The notes: generated by a model from the letters alone, not told the origin. A stretch of DNA of 64,000 bases from Desmonostoc vinosum HA7617-LM4 (GCA_019359515.1 JAHHHC010000004.1:151136-215135), one strand, 5' to 3'; shown: positions 30,015 through 39,654, counted from the first letter of the stretch. Made by a program: numbers and translations.

Positions 30015-30090
30015 TGTAAGTTAGCTCAATGGAAGAAGCAATCGACTCAGAATCGATATGTTGTAGGTTCAACTCCTACACTTACCACCA
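30015..30090 (+). tRNA. tRNA-like element 2: class I cloverleaf with anticodon CAG and encoded CCA
   Basis: Acceptor TGTAAGT/ACTTACC (1-72 mismatch), D arm GCT-CAATGGAAGA-AGC, anticodon arm ATCGA-CTCAGAA-TCGAT (U33, CAG, A37), 5-nt variable loop, T arm GTAGGTTCAACTCCTAC, then A and CCA. Confidence 0.5.
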
Positions 30091-30190
30091 ACCCTGTCCG
30101 GGTCAAAAGACACTACCCTGCTAAGGTAGCTTTAACACCAATGGTATGGGAGGACATCCCAATACGGTTCGACTCCGTTATTTTGCAAAC
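30091..30190 (+). ncRNA. tRNA-derived fragment/element 3 (T-arm plus GCU anticodon-like stem-loop, no complete cloverleaf)
   Basis: Contains CTACC-CTGCTAA-GGTAG and ACGGTTCGACTCCGT, but no pairing acceptor stem. Confidence 0.2.
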
Positions 30191-30506
30191 TCTGTGATGT
30201 GGGTGCTAGCTACTTTTAATCACGAAAGTGGTGAAAAGTAGCAACAGTGAAGAAGCTAGTGCGATCGCTTTTCTCTCTAACTTGAGTATGTCCCTTCGGT
30301 TTCTGTGTCTGGTTTCTCTACGGAGACTCTGGAAATGGTAAACCGAACGGCATATCTGAGCGCTATTTTCTGTTTCTAGATTGTCCAAGGGCAGTCTAGA
30401 GGAAATTAGCAATCTTAATCCAGTTTTAGAGACGCGATCGCCCGCAACTAAACTGTATGCACCTGCATTTGCAGAGTTTAAAAATTCAAAATATAATTTT
30501 TAATTC

Positions 30507-31085
30507 ATGCCAAAATTTGAAACCCAACTAGAAACTTTTTATGCTACAAATCGCCACGAATGGCGAGAATGGCTAGAGAAAAATTATCTATCTTCTGTTG
30601 GGATATGGCTAATTTATTACAAAGTCAAAAGTGGTAAACCCAGCATTCGATATAGCGAAGCAGTCAAAGAAGCTTTATGTTTTGGATGGATTGACAGTAA
30701 AGTTAAATCACTAGACGAATACCGTTATATGCAAATATTTACTCCTCGAAAACCGAAAAGCGTCTGGTCAAAATTGAATAAACAATATATCCAAGAACTT
30801 CTTGAGCAAGGCTTAATGACTGAGGCTGGTTTAGCAAAAATTGAGGTAGCAAAACAAGATAGTTCATGGAGTACATTAGATGCCATAGAAGCTTTAATTA
30901 TCCCAGATGACTTAAAGCAAGCACTAGCAGCAAACGAAGCAGCTAATCAATATTTTGAGTCATTAAGCAACTCATCCAAAAAAAATATCCTCTTTTGGAT
31001 TGACAGTGCTAAACGTCCAGAGACAAGATGCAAACGAATTGAGAAAACTATCAATTCAGCAGCACAGAACGAAAATCCTCAGTGA
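30507..31085 (+). CDS. YdeI/OmpD-associated family protein
   Basis: W..WLE.N..SS.GIWL.Y.K..SG.PSI.Y.EAV.EALCFGWIDS pattern and C-terminal DUF1801-like region. Confidence 0.6.
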   Translation: MPKFETQLETFYATNRHEWREWLEKNYLSSVGIWLIYYKVKSGKPSIRYSEAVKEALCFGWIDSKVKSLDEYRYMQIFTPRKPKSVWSKLNKQYIQELLEQGLMTEAGLAKIEVAKQDSSWSTLDAIEALIIPDDLKQALAANEAANQYFESLSNSSKKNILFWIDSAKRPETRCKRIEKTINSAAQNENPQ

Positions 31086-31237
31086 TATAAATGTCTTTAT
31101 CAAACCTTATATTTTAGTTAAAAATGCCCAAGCTATCTATACGAATTTCTATTTGATTTGGTGAAAAAACTCCGTATACCTTAGAGAATCTCTCTTCCCC
31201 TACGCCAATAATTTAAAACATCCAAGCAGATTACTAT

Positions 31238-32764
31238 ATGTGGAAAACTTTTTACATTAAACCTAACGAAATCGGAATCTTATATCACCGCAGTGATTTT
31301 AAGAAAGTTTTACAGCCAGGGACTTACACTTATTTGGGTTGGCATTGGCGAGTAAAAGTTTATGATCTCAACCAACCTGAAGCTAAGATTGAAAACTTAG
31401 AATTATTATTGCGAAATCATAATTCAGAGTTACAGCAATATCTATTAGTTGTACAAACAACATTCAATCAAGCGGCTTTAGTGCGCTTGGGTCAAAATTG
31501 GGTGAGTGTAATACCAAATCAATTAAGAGCTTTTTGGCGTGGTTTTATTGATGTACAATGTCATCTTTTCAACTTGCAAGAAAGCTTGGAATTGCCTACT
31601 GAGTTCGTGCAGCAATTACGAGGAATTGCCTTGAATGGAATCAAGAAGTTCCAAATCTCTGAATATGAGATTGGTTTGCTGTATGTGCAAAATAACTTTG
31701 TGCGACCATTAGAACCAAATGAGTATGCTTTTTGGTCTGTGAATCGGGATGTTACAGTACGGACTCTCAGCAAAATTGTACCCAATCCAGATTTTCCTTT
31801 AGAAGATGTTTTGATCGAACGACATCCTGAGTTTGTCGCGGCTTACTGTCAAACAGTACAATTGCTCAATCAGCAAGTTGCGATCGCCAGGTATCAAGGT
31901 AAAGTCATTTCTATTCTTGGGCCATGCAGTCGCAAGCTGTTCTGGCAAGGTGTGGAAGTAGAGGTGATTGATATCAGCACTGATGCTAAGTTACCATCTC
32001 GCTTAATCGCTGAGTTAGTCTCAGGTTTACCAGAGGTTCTAGTTTTGAGCCGTAGTTCTTTGCATGTTTGCGAAGTTCCCGCACAACACTTGGGATTACT
32101 TTATATCAATCAAGAATTTCAAACACAACTGCAACCAGGAATGCACGCTTGGTGGACGTTTGGACGTTCCTTACAAACAGAAGTCTTTGACTTGCGCCAG
32201 CAAATTGTTGAAGTGTCTGGTCAAGACATGCTTTCCAAGGATAAAGTACCATTGCGCTTAAATCTAACCACTAGTTTCCGCATCATCGACCCCCTAAGAG
32301 CTAAAAACGGGTTATCAAATATTACCAGCTACTTATATAAAGAAGCTCAGTTTGCTTTGCGTGGTGCTGTTGGAGAAAGAACTCTAGATGCTTTGCTGGA
32401 GGATAAAAGCGCGATTGATAGAAGTATTTTTGACTACATTCGCCAGAAAACCGTAGATTATGGCATTGAAATCGATTCGGTTGGGGTTAAGGATATTATT
32501 CTCCCTGGTGAGATTAAGACGATTTTGAGCAAGGTAGTGGAAGCTGAAAAAGTAGCTCAAGCAAATGTAATCCGTCGTCGTGAGGAAACAGCAGCTACCC
32601 GCAGTATGTTAAACACCGCTAAAGTGATGGAAGATAACCCCGTCGCGTTGCGTTTGAAGGAGTTGGAAGTGCTGGAAAGAATTGCCGAGAAGATTGAGAA
32701 AATTCAAGTCAACGGCAGCTTGGATAGTATTTTGACCGAGTTAATTCGGATTAATCGCGAATAA
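31238..32764 (+). CDS. SPFH/band-7 (slipin-like) domain protein with three N-terminal repeat modules
   Basis: The C-terminus KDIILPGEIKTILSKVVEAEKVAQANVIRRREETAATRSM..LKELEVLERIA is SPFH-like. The N-terminal 300 aa contains three EIG(I/L)LY....F...L.PG.Y.(Y/W) repeats. Confidence 0.65.
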   Translation: MWKTFYIKPNEIGILYHRSDFKKVLQPGTYTYLGWHWRVKVYDLNQPEAKIENLELLLRNHNSELQQYLLVVQTTFNQAALVRLGQNWVSVIPNQLRAFWRGFIDVQCHLFNLQESLELPTEFVQQLRGIALNGIKKFQISEYEIGLLYVQNNFVRPLEPNEYAFWSVNRDVTVRTLSKIVPNPDFPLEDVLIERHPEFVAAYCQTVQLLNQQVAIARYQGKVISILGPCSRKLFWQGVEVEVIDISTDAKLPSRLIAELVSGLPEVLVLSRSSLHVCEVPAQHLGLLYINQEFQTQLQPGMHAWWTFGRSLQTEVFDLRQQIVEVSGQDMLSKDKVPLRLNLTTSFRIIDPLRAKNGLSNITSYLYKEAQFALRGAVGERTLDALLEDKSAIDRSIFDYIRQKTVDYGIEIDSVGVKDIILPGEIKTILSKVVEAEKVAQANVIRRREETAATRSMLNTAKVMEDNPVALRLKELEVLERIAEKIEKIQVNGSLDSILTELIRINRE

Positions 32765-32800
32765 AAGGGACTGGGGTTGTCCGTCCCCTGTTCCCTTTTA

Positions 32801-33598
32801 TTACTCGGACATAAGCAAATTATTCGGGTCGATACCTTGAGATTGCAAATAAGCAATCAGTCGGTCTTTTTGCTGGCGTTCTTGTTCGGCGCGTTGGTGT
32901 TCTTGTTCGGCGCGTTGGCGTTCTTGTTCAGCGCGTTGGCGTTCTTGTTCAATCTGTTCAACAGCCCAAGGTAACAAATTGCCAGCTTTATCCCACCAGC
33001 GTAACCAATAACCTGTTCGAGCTTCTTTTGCACCTTGCCAAGTTCCCAAAAATAAGCCTAGTGTATCAATCCAATGGCGACCATTTTCATCAGGCTGCTT
33101 TAACTCATAGCGTCCGTTTTCCAGCTGGTGAAATTCCAATAAACCACCATCTGGTTCAAAAATTATGTAAATGGGAACCTGCAAAATTTGCTCGTAGAAA
33201 AACCATTTTCCCGGTGGATAAGTTCGCTTAGCAGAATATTCTCCACCATCGCTGTCGGATAGAAACTCCATCACAACGGTGGGGATATCACCTTCTAAAT
33301 TGGGTGTGTAACTTTTACGATTACTAACAACTTTGTTAACTGATGGAACATAAACCCAGTCTGGTGCTTTAATAATAAATTGTCCGTTGACAGTCGCGCA
33401 AAGACCAAAATTTGAAGCTATCAACATCTGCGGCTGGATTAATCCATTAATTTCTAAGCTTTCACGCAAAGCACCAGCCAAAATTGGCTGACCAGTATTC
33501 TCCACTGGTTCATCCTCTAGTTTAAAATCGTCGGGTAATGCTTCCCAAGAGATGACCAGTTCAGTTGATGATTTGGCTGCACTGAGTTGGGTTGCCAT
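32801..33598 (-). CDS. Uma2-family (DUF820, PD-(D/E)XK) endonuclease with C-terminal (EQERQRA)n repeat
   Basis: LEFHQLENGRY..ELKQPDENGRHWIDTLGLFLGTW block is typical of cyanobacterial Uma2 proteins. Confidence 0.65.
   Translation of the reverse strand: MATQLSAAKSSTELVISWEALPDDFKLEDEPVENTGQPILAGALRESLEINGLIQPQMLIASNFGLCATVNGQFIIKAPDWVYVPSVNKVVSNRKSYTPNLEGDIPTVVMEFLSDSDGGEYSAKRTYPPGKWFFYEQILQVPIYIIFEPDGGLLEFHQLENGRYELKQPDENGRHWIDTLGLFLGTWQGAKEARTGYWLRWWDKAGNLLPWAVEQIEQERQRAEQERQRAEQEHQRAEQERQQKDRLIAYLQSQGIDPNNLLMSE
32876..32945. repeat. 21 bp tandem repeat x3 inside the Uma2 gene (encodes EQERQRA heptads)
   Basis: gcgttggtgttcttgttcggc / gcgttggcgttcttgttcagc / gcgttggcgttcttgttcaat. Confidence 0.85.
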
Positions 33599-33741
33599 AA
33601 ATATGACATAAATCTGAATTTGTTTTCATTTTACCGCTGTTAAGTAGGTGGACACAATTATTTATAAAACGCCTGCGCGACTTCTCCTATCAAAGACGCT
33701 AGGCGTAGCAAGGTAATCGAGGTGAGGTTTAATTTAGTCTT

Positions 33742-33950
33742 TAGACCTCTTGCATAAATATTTTTTTTTCACGCAGAGGCGCAGCGAAAAGTTCTGTTCG
33801 CGTAGCGTCTCCGTCAGGAGAAGGAGGGTTTCCCTCCGTAGGAACGCCACTTGCGCGGCTGCCGGGGAACCCGTCCAACGCAGTGGCTCAACTTTTCAAG
33901 ACAGAGACGCAGAGAAGAGAACGCAAAGAAGGACTTTTGCAAGAGGTCTC
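33742..33950. mobile_element. MITE family E with TIR tagacctcttgca(a/t)aa ... ggacttttgcaagaggtct, about 209 bp
   Basis: Terminal inverted repeats read directly. The internal sequence carries a family-C-like segment (gagaaggagggtttccctccgtagg). A second copy is at 40366-40524 and a solo end at 48106-48124. Confidence 0.7.
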
Positions 33951-34062
33951 TTCTACTTAATAGAAAAATTCTCAATTTTTGCACAACAAAATTCCTAACT
34001 TATTAAATAAGCTAGGAATCTAGGTCTTGCAATTTTTACAAAGCAACTTTACAGGCTGAAAC

Positions 34063-34296
34063 TTAAGCTAAGAATTCATCTTGGGGGACGGGAAATATCC
34101 CTGCTGTAATTGGAGGAATCAGCTTTAATGATGTTAAACCACCAGCGATATTTGCTGCTTCTTCCTCAGATAAATTGGAAAAATCATCCTCTGAATACAG
34201 AGATGCGTTTCTTCTGGTGATCGCATTTTCTACAGCATCACCAATTAGATCGTTAATTTCGATGGGATTTTTATGGTTTCTGTGATTTTCGTTCAT
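34063..34296 (-). CDS. Double-glycine (GG) leader peptide / putative RiPP or bacteriocin precursor
   Basis: FSNLSEEEAANIAGG has the conserved hydrophobic positions -4 (I), -12 (L) and -15 (F) of the GG-leader consensus. It is followed by a 24-aa Pro-rich core LTSLKLIPPITAGIFPVPQDEFLA. Confidence 0.45.
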   Translation of the reverse strand: MNENHRNHKNPIEINDLIGDAVENAITRRNASLYSEDDFSNLSEEEAANIAGGLTSLKLIPPITAGIFPVPQDEFLA

Positions 34297-35071
34297 GTTG
34301 ATTAGACTCTTTTTTCTAGTTAATCTTAGATGTTAACGCTTGGTAGTTAAACTACCTGAGATATTCTTATTTTCATAAAATCAGAGGATTTTTATTCAAT
34401 TTAAAAAATTTAGATGGGATGAAAGTAAACCTGTTATGACACTGAAAATAAAATATAGTTAATTTTTATAATCTAATTTTTGATATATTTTTGCTAATCT
34501 AAACGGAAATATCATGAGTTACCCACAATCAGTCTAATCATAAATTTTTGGCTATTAATTAAAGTAGTTATGTCACGATCAACTTGCCAGTCAATGCATG
34601 TCTAATCTCTACACATCTTGAGCAGAAATTTTTCACAGTTTCATCTTATTCTTTTCTTGTTAAAAGAATACCTACCAAAGTACAGCTATTGTTACAATAA
34701 ATACTCAATATTTACTAAGTAACCTTTTAAAGCTGCCAAAGTCAGCATTTGATTACATACTTAGCTTGATTTTTTCCAACTTGGTTGGTATTCTTGCTTT
34801 AAGAGAAAAATCTAATACATAAGATTCTGTTTCTCAGGCTTGATGAATGAGGCATGAGTTCAAATATTTACCAAAATTAATATTTGACTACTGCTTGGTT
34901 GTAAATAACAGCAACTCAATTATATCAAAAAGATGAAAAGTATATTTTGTCTTTTCAAATCAAGCTGTAATTGTTAATTTTTCTAGTGTGCTAAAACTGA
35001 GAAATTAAAATAGGCGATCGCCACAATTAAACGCAAGAAGTTTAATAGCAAATTTCAACAATTGTTCAACT

Positions 35072-35890
35072 ATGAATCAAATCAATATTTTTGCTTTGTT
35101 TGTCTCTCAAAAAGCAGTCTTTTGTTCAAAATTGATAGCAGGATTTTCATGTGTTTTTTTGCTATCTAGCCCTACATATGCTGTTACACTTGGTACAAAT
35201 TTAATTATCAACGGTGATGCTGAAAAAGGGCAAGGCGATGATATAGGTAATGCTGTTGGAACTGATATACCTGCTATTCCTGACTGGAATCCGATTGATA
35301 ATTTTAGTGTTTTGAAATATGGTGCAACAGGTTTTGAATTTATCAATCCTAGAGGTGAAACAGTGCGCGTGAGTGGACTTCCTGATGCTAGCAGTCCAGG
35401 GCCACTAAATCGTGGCAATAATTTATTCTTTGGTGGTGCTGGTAGAAGTTCTTCTAGTGCATCTCAATCAATTAATGTTGCTGATTTATCCTCAATAATT
35501 GATGCAGGTAAAGGTGCATTTGATTTGAGTGCTTGGTTAGGGGGATATGCTACCGATTTAGATAATGTGTTATTTAGTATTGATTTTCTTAATCAAGATG
35601 GTAACTCTCTAGGTCAAGCAAGTCTCATTTCACCAACTCCAGAGGAACGAAGTAATCTTACTGCTTTATTATTTAAATCTACAAACGGTATATTACCAGT
35701 TGGTACACGAAAAATTGATGCAACTTTGAGCATGAATTATGTCCGAGGACGTGTCAATGATGGCTATGCTGATAACCTTTCACTGGTGATTACTAAAGTT
35801 CCAGAACCGTCAATATCGGGTGTTTTGATATTTGGTGTATCTTGTGTGATGGTTTGCGGACTGCGTAAAACTCGTCAGTTCTTGCAGTAG
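35072..35890 (+). CDS. PEP-CTERM sorting-domain secreted protein
   Basis: N-terminal signal peptide. The C-terminal motif VPEPSISGVLIFGVSCVMVCGLRKTRQ is PEP + TM + basic tail. Confidence 0.7.
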   Translation: MNQINIFALFVSQKAVFCSKLIAGFSCVFLLSSPTYAVTLGTNLIINGDAEKGQGDDIGNAVGTDIPAIPDWNPIDNFSVLKYGATGFEFINPRGETVRVSGLPDASSPGPLNRGNNLFFGGAGRSSSSASQSINVADLSSIIDAGKGAFDLSAWLGGYATDLDNVLFSIDFLNQDGNSLGQASLISPTPEERSNLTALLFKSTNGILPVGTRKIDATLSMNYVRGRVNDGYADNLSLVITKVPEPSISGVLIFGVSCVMVCGLRKTRQFLQ

Positions 35891-36075
35891 TTTGTCATGC
35901 TATCTTAATAAACTAGAACTTTCGTATTTTATGTAACAGTTTTCGGATACTATTTCACTATAGTTCCGAAAATTTTACAGGTATGAATAAATATTTCATT
36001 ATTAAGTGGAATTCCTTGATTTAGCCGTAATATTACAGCGGTGCAAGGTTGATTTAATCACCTAATAAAGCAGAT

Positions 36076-36477
36076 ATGGATTGTAAAACAGCTACTTTGG
36101 TCTACCAAACAGAGAATCATTTGGAAAAAATTCGTGAGATTTTTCCGGCAGCTTGGAAGTTTTTAGAAGAGCAATCTTTTGCTTATGTCCAGGGAAAGGA
36201 AGATAAGTTCGACTCGGCAGTAAAAAATTTAATTGGTGAAGCCAACTTTAAATTTAGGATGGTTCACCGCGATGATAGAGACCAATTAACAAAAGACCTG
36301 ACAGATTTATTAGGAGATATTACTTCACGCTTACTACTAGAAAAGTATTTCTCTGAACTAGTTGGTCAATCGATTTTCTTTAGTACGATTTGTTGCAATA
36401 GCCACATTACAGCAGACCACGAGATGAGTTTAGCAGAGGTTTTACCAATACAACGTGCAGCAGTTAAGTTGCAATAG
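36076..36477 (+). CDS. Hypothetical protein
   Basis: ORF only. Confidence 0.35.
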   Translation: MDCKTATLVYQTENHLEKIREIFPAAWKFLEEQSFAYVQGKEDKFDSAVKNLIGEANFKFRMVHRDDRDQLTKDLTDLLGDITSRLLLEKYFSELVGQSIFFSTICCNSHITADHEMSLAEVLPIQRAAVKLQ

Positions 36478-36589
36478 CATTAGGGACTGGGGAAGATGAA
36501 GGGGATGAGGAAAAATAACTAATTCGCAATTCCCCATTCCCCTAATCCCCACTGCCATTTCGTGGGGCCCCGAGTTCCCCATTCCCTAA

Positions 36590-37927
36590 CTAGAGAATTT
36601 TCCGACCAGTTAGAATTTCACGCACTTCTAGCATGGCTGAATAGGTGGGTAGAATGTTTAAAGTTTCATTGTTTGGTGTATGCTCTAATGCAGTAGCGAT
36701 CGCCTGCTTTAAATCCTCTTCAACAATCAAATTTAACCTACTCTCACAAGACTTTTCACTATAGCATAGACGTAACGCCATATCATAAACGCGATCGCCA
36801 CTGACAATTAAAGTTCCTCCTCGTTCGACTAATTTTTCAGTATCAACATCCCAAATCCAAGATACATCAGTGCCGTCGGGTGTGCGATCGTTTAAGACTA
36901 GCAGTGTTGTTTTATCGTTACTTTGCGTGACCACGCGAATTGTTTCATTCGTCCCTACAGGATTTTTGGATAATAAAATTCTTACCCGTTTGCCATTAAT
37001 TTCTAACTCTTCTGCACGACCAAAAGCTGCTTGGAAGTTATTAATAGTATCTTTAATCGTTGCCTCATCGACTCCCAACTCTTTAGCAGCAGTAGCAGCA
37101 GCTAAAGTATTATATTTGTTGTACAAACCAACCAGAATCTGTTGCCATTCGCTACTTTGTAGTGTTGGTTGACTCTTACTAAAACCACACTTGGGACATG
37201 TGAAATCTCCTAAATGGGACAAGTAAACGCCTTGATAATTTAAAGAATATCCACATCTGGGACAGTAAATAGAATCAACGGCATGAGGAATAGCATCTAG
37301 GTATTGTTCTGGTTCATTGAGACCGAAGAATAACACCCGTTGGGGTAACTGTTGACCAAGATAAGACAAAGTAGGATCATCAGCATTGGGAATTACTACC
37401 GTTTCTAGTGGTAGGGTAGAAATGACTTTTGTCCAACGCTTGCTGATTGTATCTACTTCCCCGTATCTATCGAGTTGGTCGCGGAACAAGTTTAAGCACA
37501 GAATGATTCGAGGTTGGAGTGGTGTTAATACTTTCGGGACAATATTTTCATCTACTTCCAGAATGGCGTAATCAACATTTAGCGTACCAACCAAGTTAGT
37601 GTTTTCTAACAGCGCAGTCATTAAGCCATTTTCTAGATTTGCGCCTGTAGAGTTGTGAGCAATGCGGTAGCCTTTGCGTTCTAGGATTGTGCATAAAAGC
37701 AGCGATGTCGTAGTTTTGCCATTGGTACCAGCAACGAGAATCACCCCGTTTTTCACTTGCTGACTCAATAATTGTAAAAGCCGAGGTTCAATACGACGAG
37801 CAATCGAGCCTGGTAATACACTAGCAGCACCCAGACGTAGCGATCGCACCATAAACGTTACGCTTTTTGCCACTAACACCGCGAAACCTAGTCGTAGTCT
37901 ATCTATGAGTTGTATTTTTTTTCCCAC
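36590..37927 (-). CDS. murT: MurT-like Mur-ligase-family protein (lipid II isoglutaminyl synthase ligase subunit type) with Cys4 zinc ribbon and DUF1727 C-terminus
   Basis: P-loop VAGTNGKTTTS in a Mur ligase central domain, CPRCG..CPKCG ribbon, and the C-terminal domain. No GatD-like amidotransferase gene is adjacent. Confidence 0.7.
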   Translation of the reverse strand: MGKKIQLIDRLRLGFAVLVAKSVTFMVRSLRLGAASVLPGSIARRIEPRLLQLLSQQVKNGVILVAGTNGKTTTSLLLCTILERKGYRIAHNSTGANLENGLMTALLENTNLVGTLNVDYAILEVDENIVPKVLTPLQPRIILCLNLFRDQLDRYGEVDTISKRWTKVISTLPLETVVIPNADDPTLSYLGQQLPQRVLFFGLNEPEQYLDAIPHAVDSIYCPRCGYSLNYQGVYLSHLGDFTCPKCGFSKSQPTLQSSEWQQILVGLYNKYNTLAAATAAKELGVDEATIKDTINNFQAAFGRAEELEINGKRVRILLSKNPVGTNETIRVVTQSNDKTTLLVLNDRTPDGTDVSWIWDVDTEKLVERGGTLIVSGDRVYDMALRLCYSEKSCESRLNLIVEEDLKQAIATALEHTPNNETLNILPTYSAMLEVREILTGRKIL

Positions 37928-38214
37928 ATGAATACCCTAATTTGTAATTTGTAATTTGGAATGGGGACGCGGGGACATGGGGACGCGGAGAAATTTTTTC
38001 CCACATCCCCCGGTTGGTGAGTTTCGACTACGCTCAACTACCGCGAAGTCGAACCACATCTTTCATAAAGAATGATAACCCCAGCCACTTGCGAGAGATA
38101 ATCTCAGTAAGCGTTATCTTAAAAAAGAGTACGCGGTCATAGTCATGTATCCGGCGCGGTTTGTTGGATTCAGCACAAACTTACAGAAAATAGTAGCTTG
38201 AAAGGTTTCTTTAG

Positions 38215-38805
38215 ATGACAAGTATAAAGTTGGATTTTTTACAAAAAAAAATAATCGCTAACTGGCGATGGTTGGTTTCCAAATGCCTGTTACTTATTGT
38301 TTGTATGTTAGCTATCAGTGTACAACCCGCAATAGCAGGTATTAATGACGATGTATATGATGGCAATATGTTCGTTGTTTATGCTGGTAATGGCTCACTA
38401 GTTCCGGCGAAAGAAACACTAGCACAATCTTTAAAGGAACATAAACCGACAATGTTGGCATTTTACGTCGATGACAGCAGCGATTGCAAAAAATATGCGA
38501 TCGTTATTTCACAGGTACAGGAATTCTACGGTCGCGCGGCAGAAATTATCCCTGTAGATGTCGATACCATCCTACCTCAACAAACCTACGACCCTACAGA
38601 ACCAGGATACTACTACTCTGGGGCTGTCCCTCAAATTGTAGTATTTAATCAATCGGGTGAGACAGTTTTAAATAAAAGAGGTCAAGTACCTTATGAAGAA
38701 ATCGACGATAAATTTAGAGAAGTGTTTGATTTATTACCCCGTACCGAATCAGTACAGTTAAAGCGGCGTGCCTTCAATGAGTTCAGTAGCGAGTTAGCCA
38801 AGTAA
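38215..38805 (+). CDS. Membrane-anchored thioredoxin-fold protein lacking a CxxC motif (TlpA/TxlA-like)
   Basis: N-terminal TM. The thioredoxin-like block PTMLAFYVDDSSDCKKYA has a single Cys. Confidence 0.5.
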   Translation: MTSIKLDFLQKKIIANWRWLVSKCLLLIVCMLAISVQPAIAGINDDVYDGNMFVVYAGNGSLVPAKETLAQSLKEHKPTMLAFYVDDSSDCKKYAIVISQVQEFYGRAAEIIPVDVDTILPQQTYDPTEPGYYYSGAVPQIVVFNQSGETVLNKRGQVPYEEIDDKFREVFDLLPRTESVQLKRRAFNEFSSELAK

Positions 38806-39045
38806 ATTTTAGGGTAGACCAATTTGGTCTGCCTTGATTTTTAGTGATATCTGCTACTACATTCCTTTTAATATCAAAAGATAATATTTAAATATCTGCT
38901 TTAAACATCCGTCATTTGACAACAAGTTATAAATTAGTTAGTAACACATAACTAATGACAAAGCGCAAAGTCTGAGCGCCGGCTTCCGACGAACAGAATT
39001 TTGTAACAGAGAACAAATGACCAATGACTAATAAAGTGTGTTCTG

Positions 39046-39654
39046 ATGTCAAAGGTTTACACTACCGAGGAGCTAACCCAAATCCTAGCAGCCGAACGCC
39101 AAGCTTGCCTCAAAGGAGAGCGTTTGAAACTAGAAATAACAGCGTCTGGCAATCCTGTCATCGACCAGTTTATCAAAACCGATGGACTACAAAAGTTCAC
39201 TGCCTATCAAGATTTTAAAGCTGCAATTCACGACTATCAAAGAGAACATCAAGTTTCAGGTATTGTTTGGCGAGAGATGATAGTCAAAGATAAAAGCTTG
39301 CGCTATCCAGATATAGATGCGGAGTTAATTGCTTTAGTTAGTGACTTAGATATCTTAAAAGCGGCAAAAAATTCTATTTTAGAATTTTGGTTTCAAGTCA
39401 CTGAACAGATGGATTTATATCTAAGTTTTAATAACGGTAAACAACACCAACAAATTACAATACCAGATGTAGAAAGAATAGCTCAAAGAACAGAATGGGC
39501 AACTTTGTGGAAATGGCAAAACTCTAATTTTTTAGAAATAATTTTGCAGTTGGGATGGGGTAAACCAGAAGAAGCATGTTACAAAAGAGGAAGACCGCGA
39601 TCGGGTAGTGAACATATCCATGCGGTAAATCCAGGAAATCAGCCTATTGGATGA
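39046..39654 (+). CDS. Hypothetical protein
   Basis: ORF only. The overlapping +1 frame ORF at 39024..39218 is considered spurious. Confidence 0.4.
   Translation: MSKVYTTEELTQILAAERQACLKGERLKLEITASGNPVIDQFIKTDGLQKFTAYQDFKAAIHDYQREHQVSGIVWREMIVKDKSLRYPDIDAELIALVSDLDILKAAKNSILEFWFQVTEQMDLYLSFNNGKQHQQITIPDVERIAQRTEWATLWKWQNSNFLEIILQLGWGKPEEACYKRGRPRSGSEHIHAVNPGNQPIG

Noticed and set aside
29940-30190. tmRNA (ssrA) as an explanation for the tRNA-like T-arm motifs
   Set aside because: The region is only about 250 nt. There is no tag-peptide reading frame, no 5' GGGG...acceptor pairing with a 3' ...CCA end, and no pseudoknot-rich region. Three separate acceptor/T-arm sets are present instead.
33750-33998. 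82-aa Arg/Ser-rich ORF
   Set aside because: Located inside MITE E (33742-33950) and has low-complexity composition.
39024-39218. 64-aa ORF overlapping the start of the 39046..39654 gene in another frame
   Set aside because: The longer in-frame ORF explains the region, and the short ORF is Arg/Pro/Ser-rich noise.
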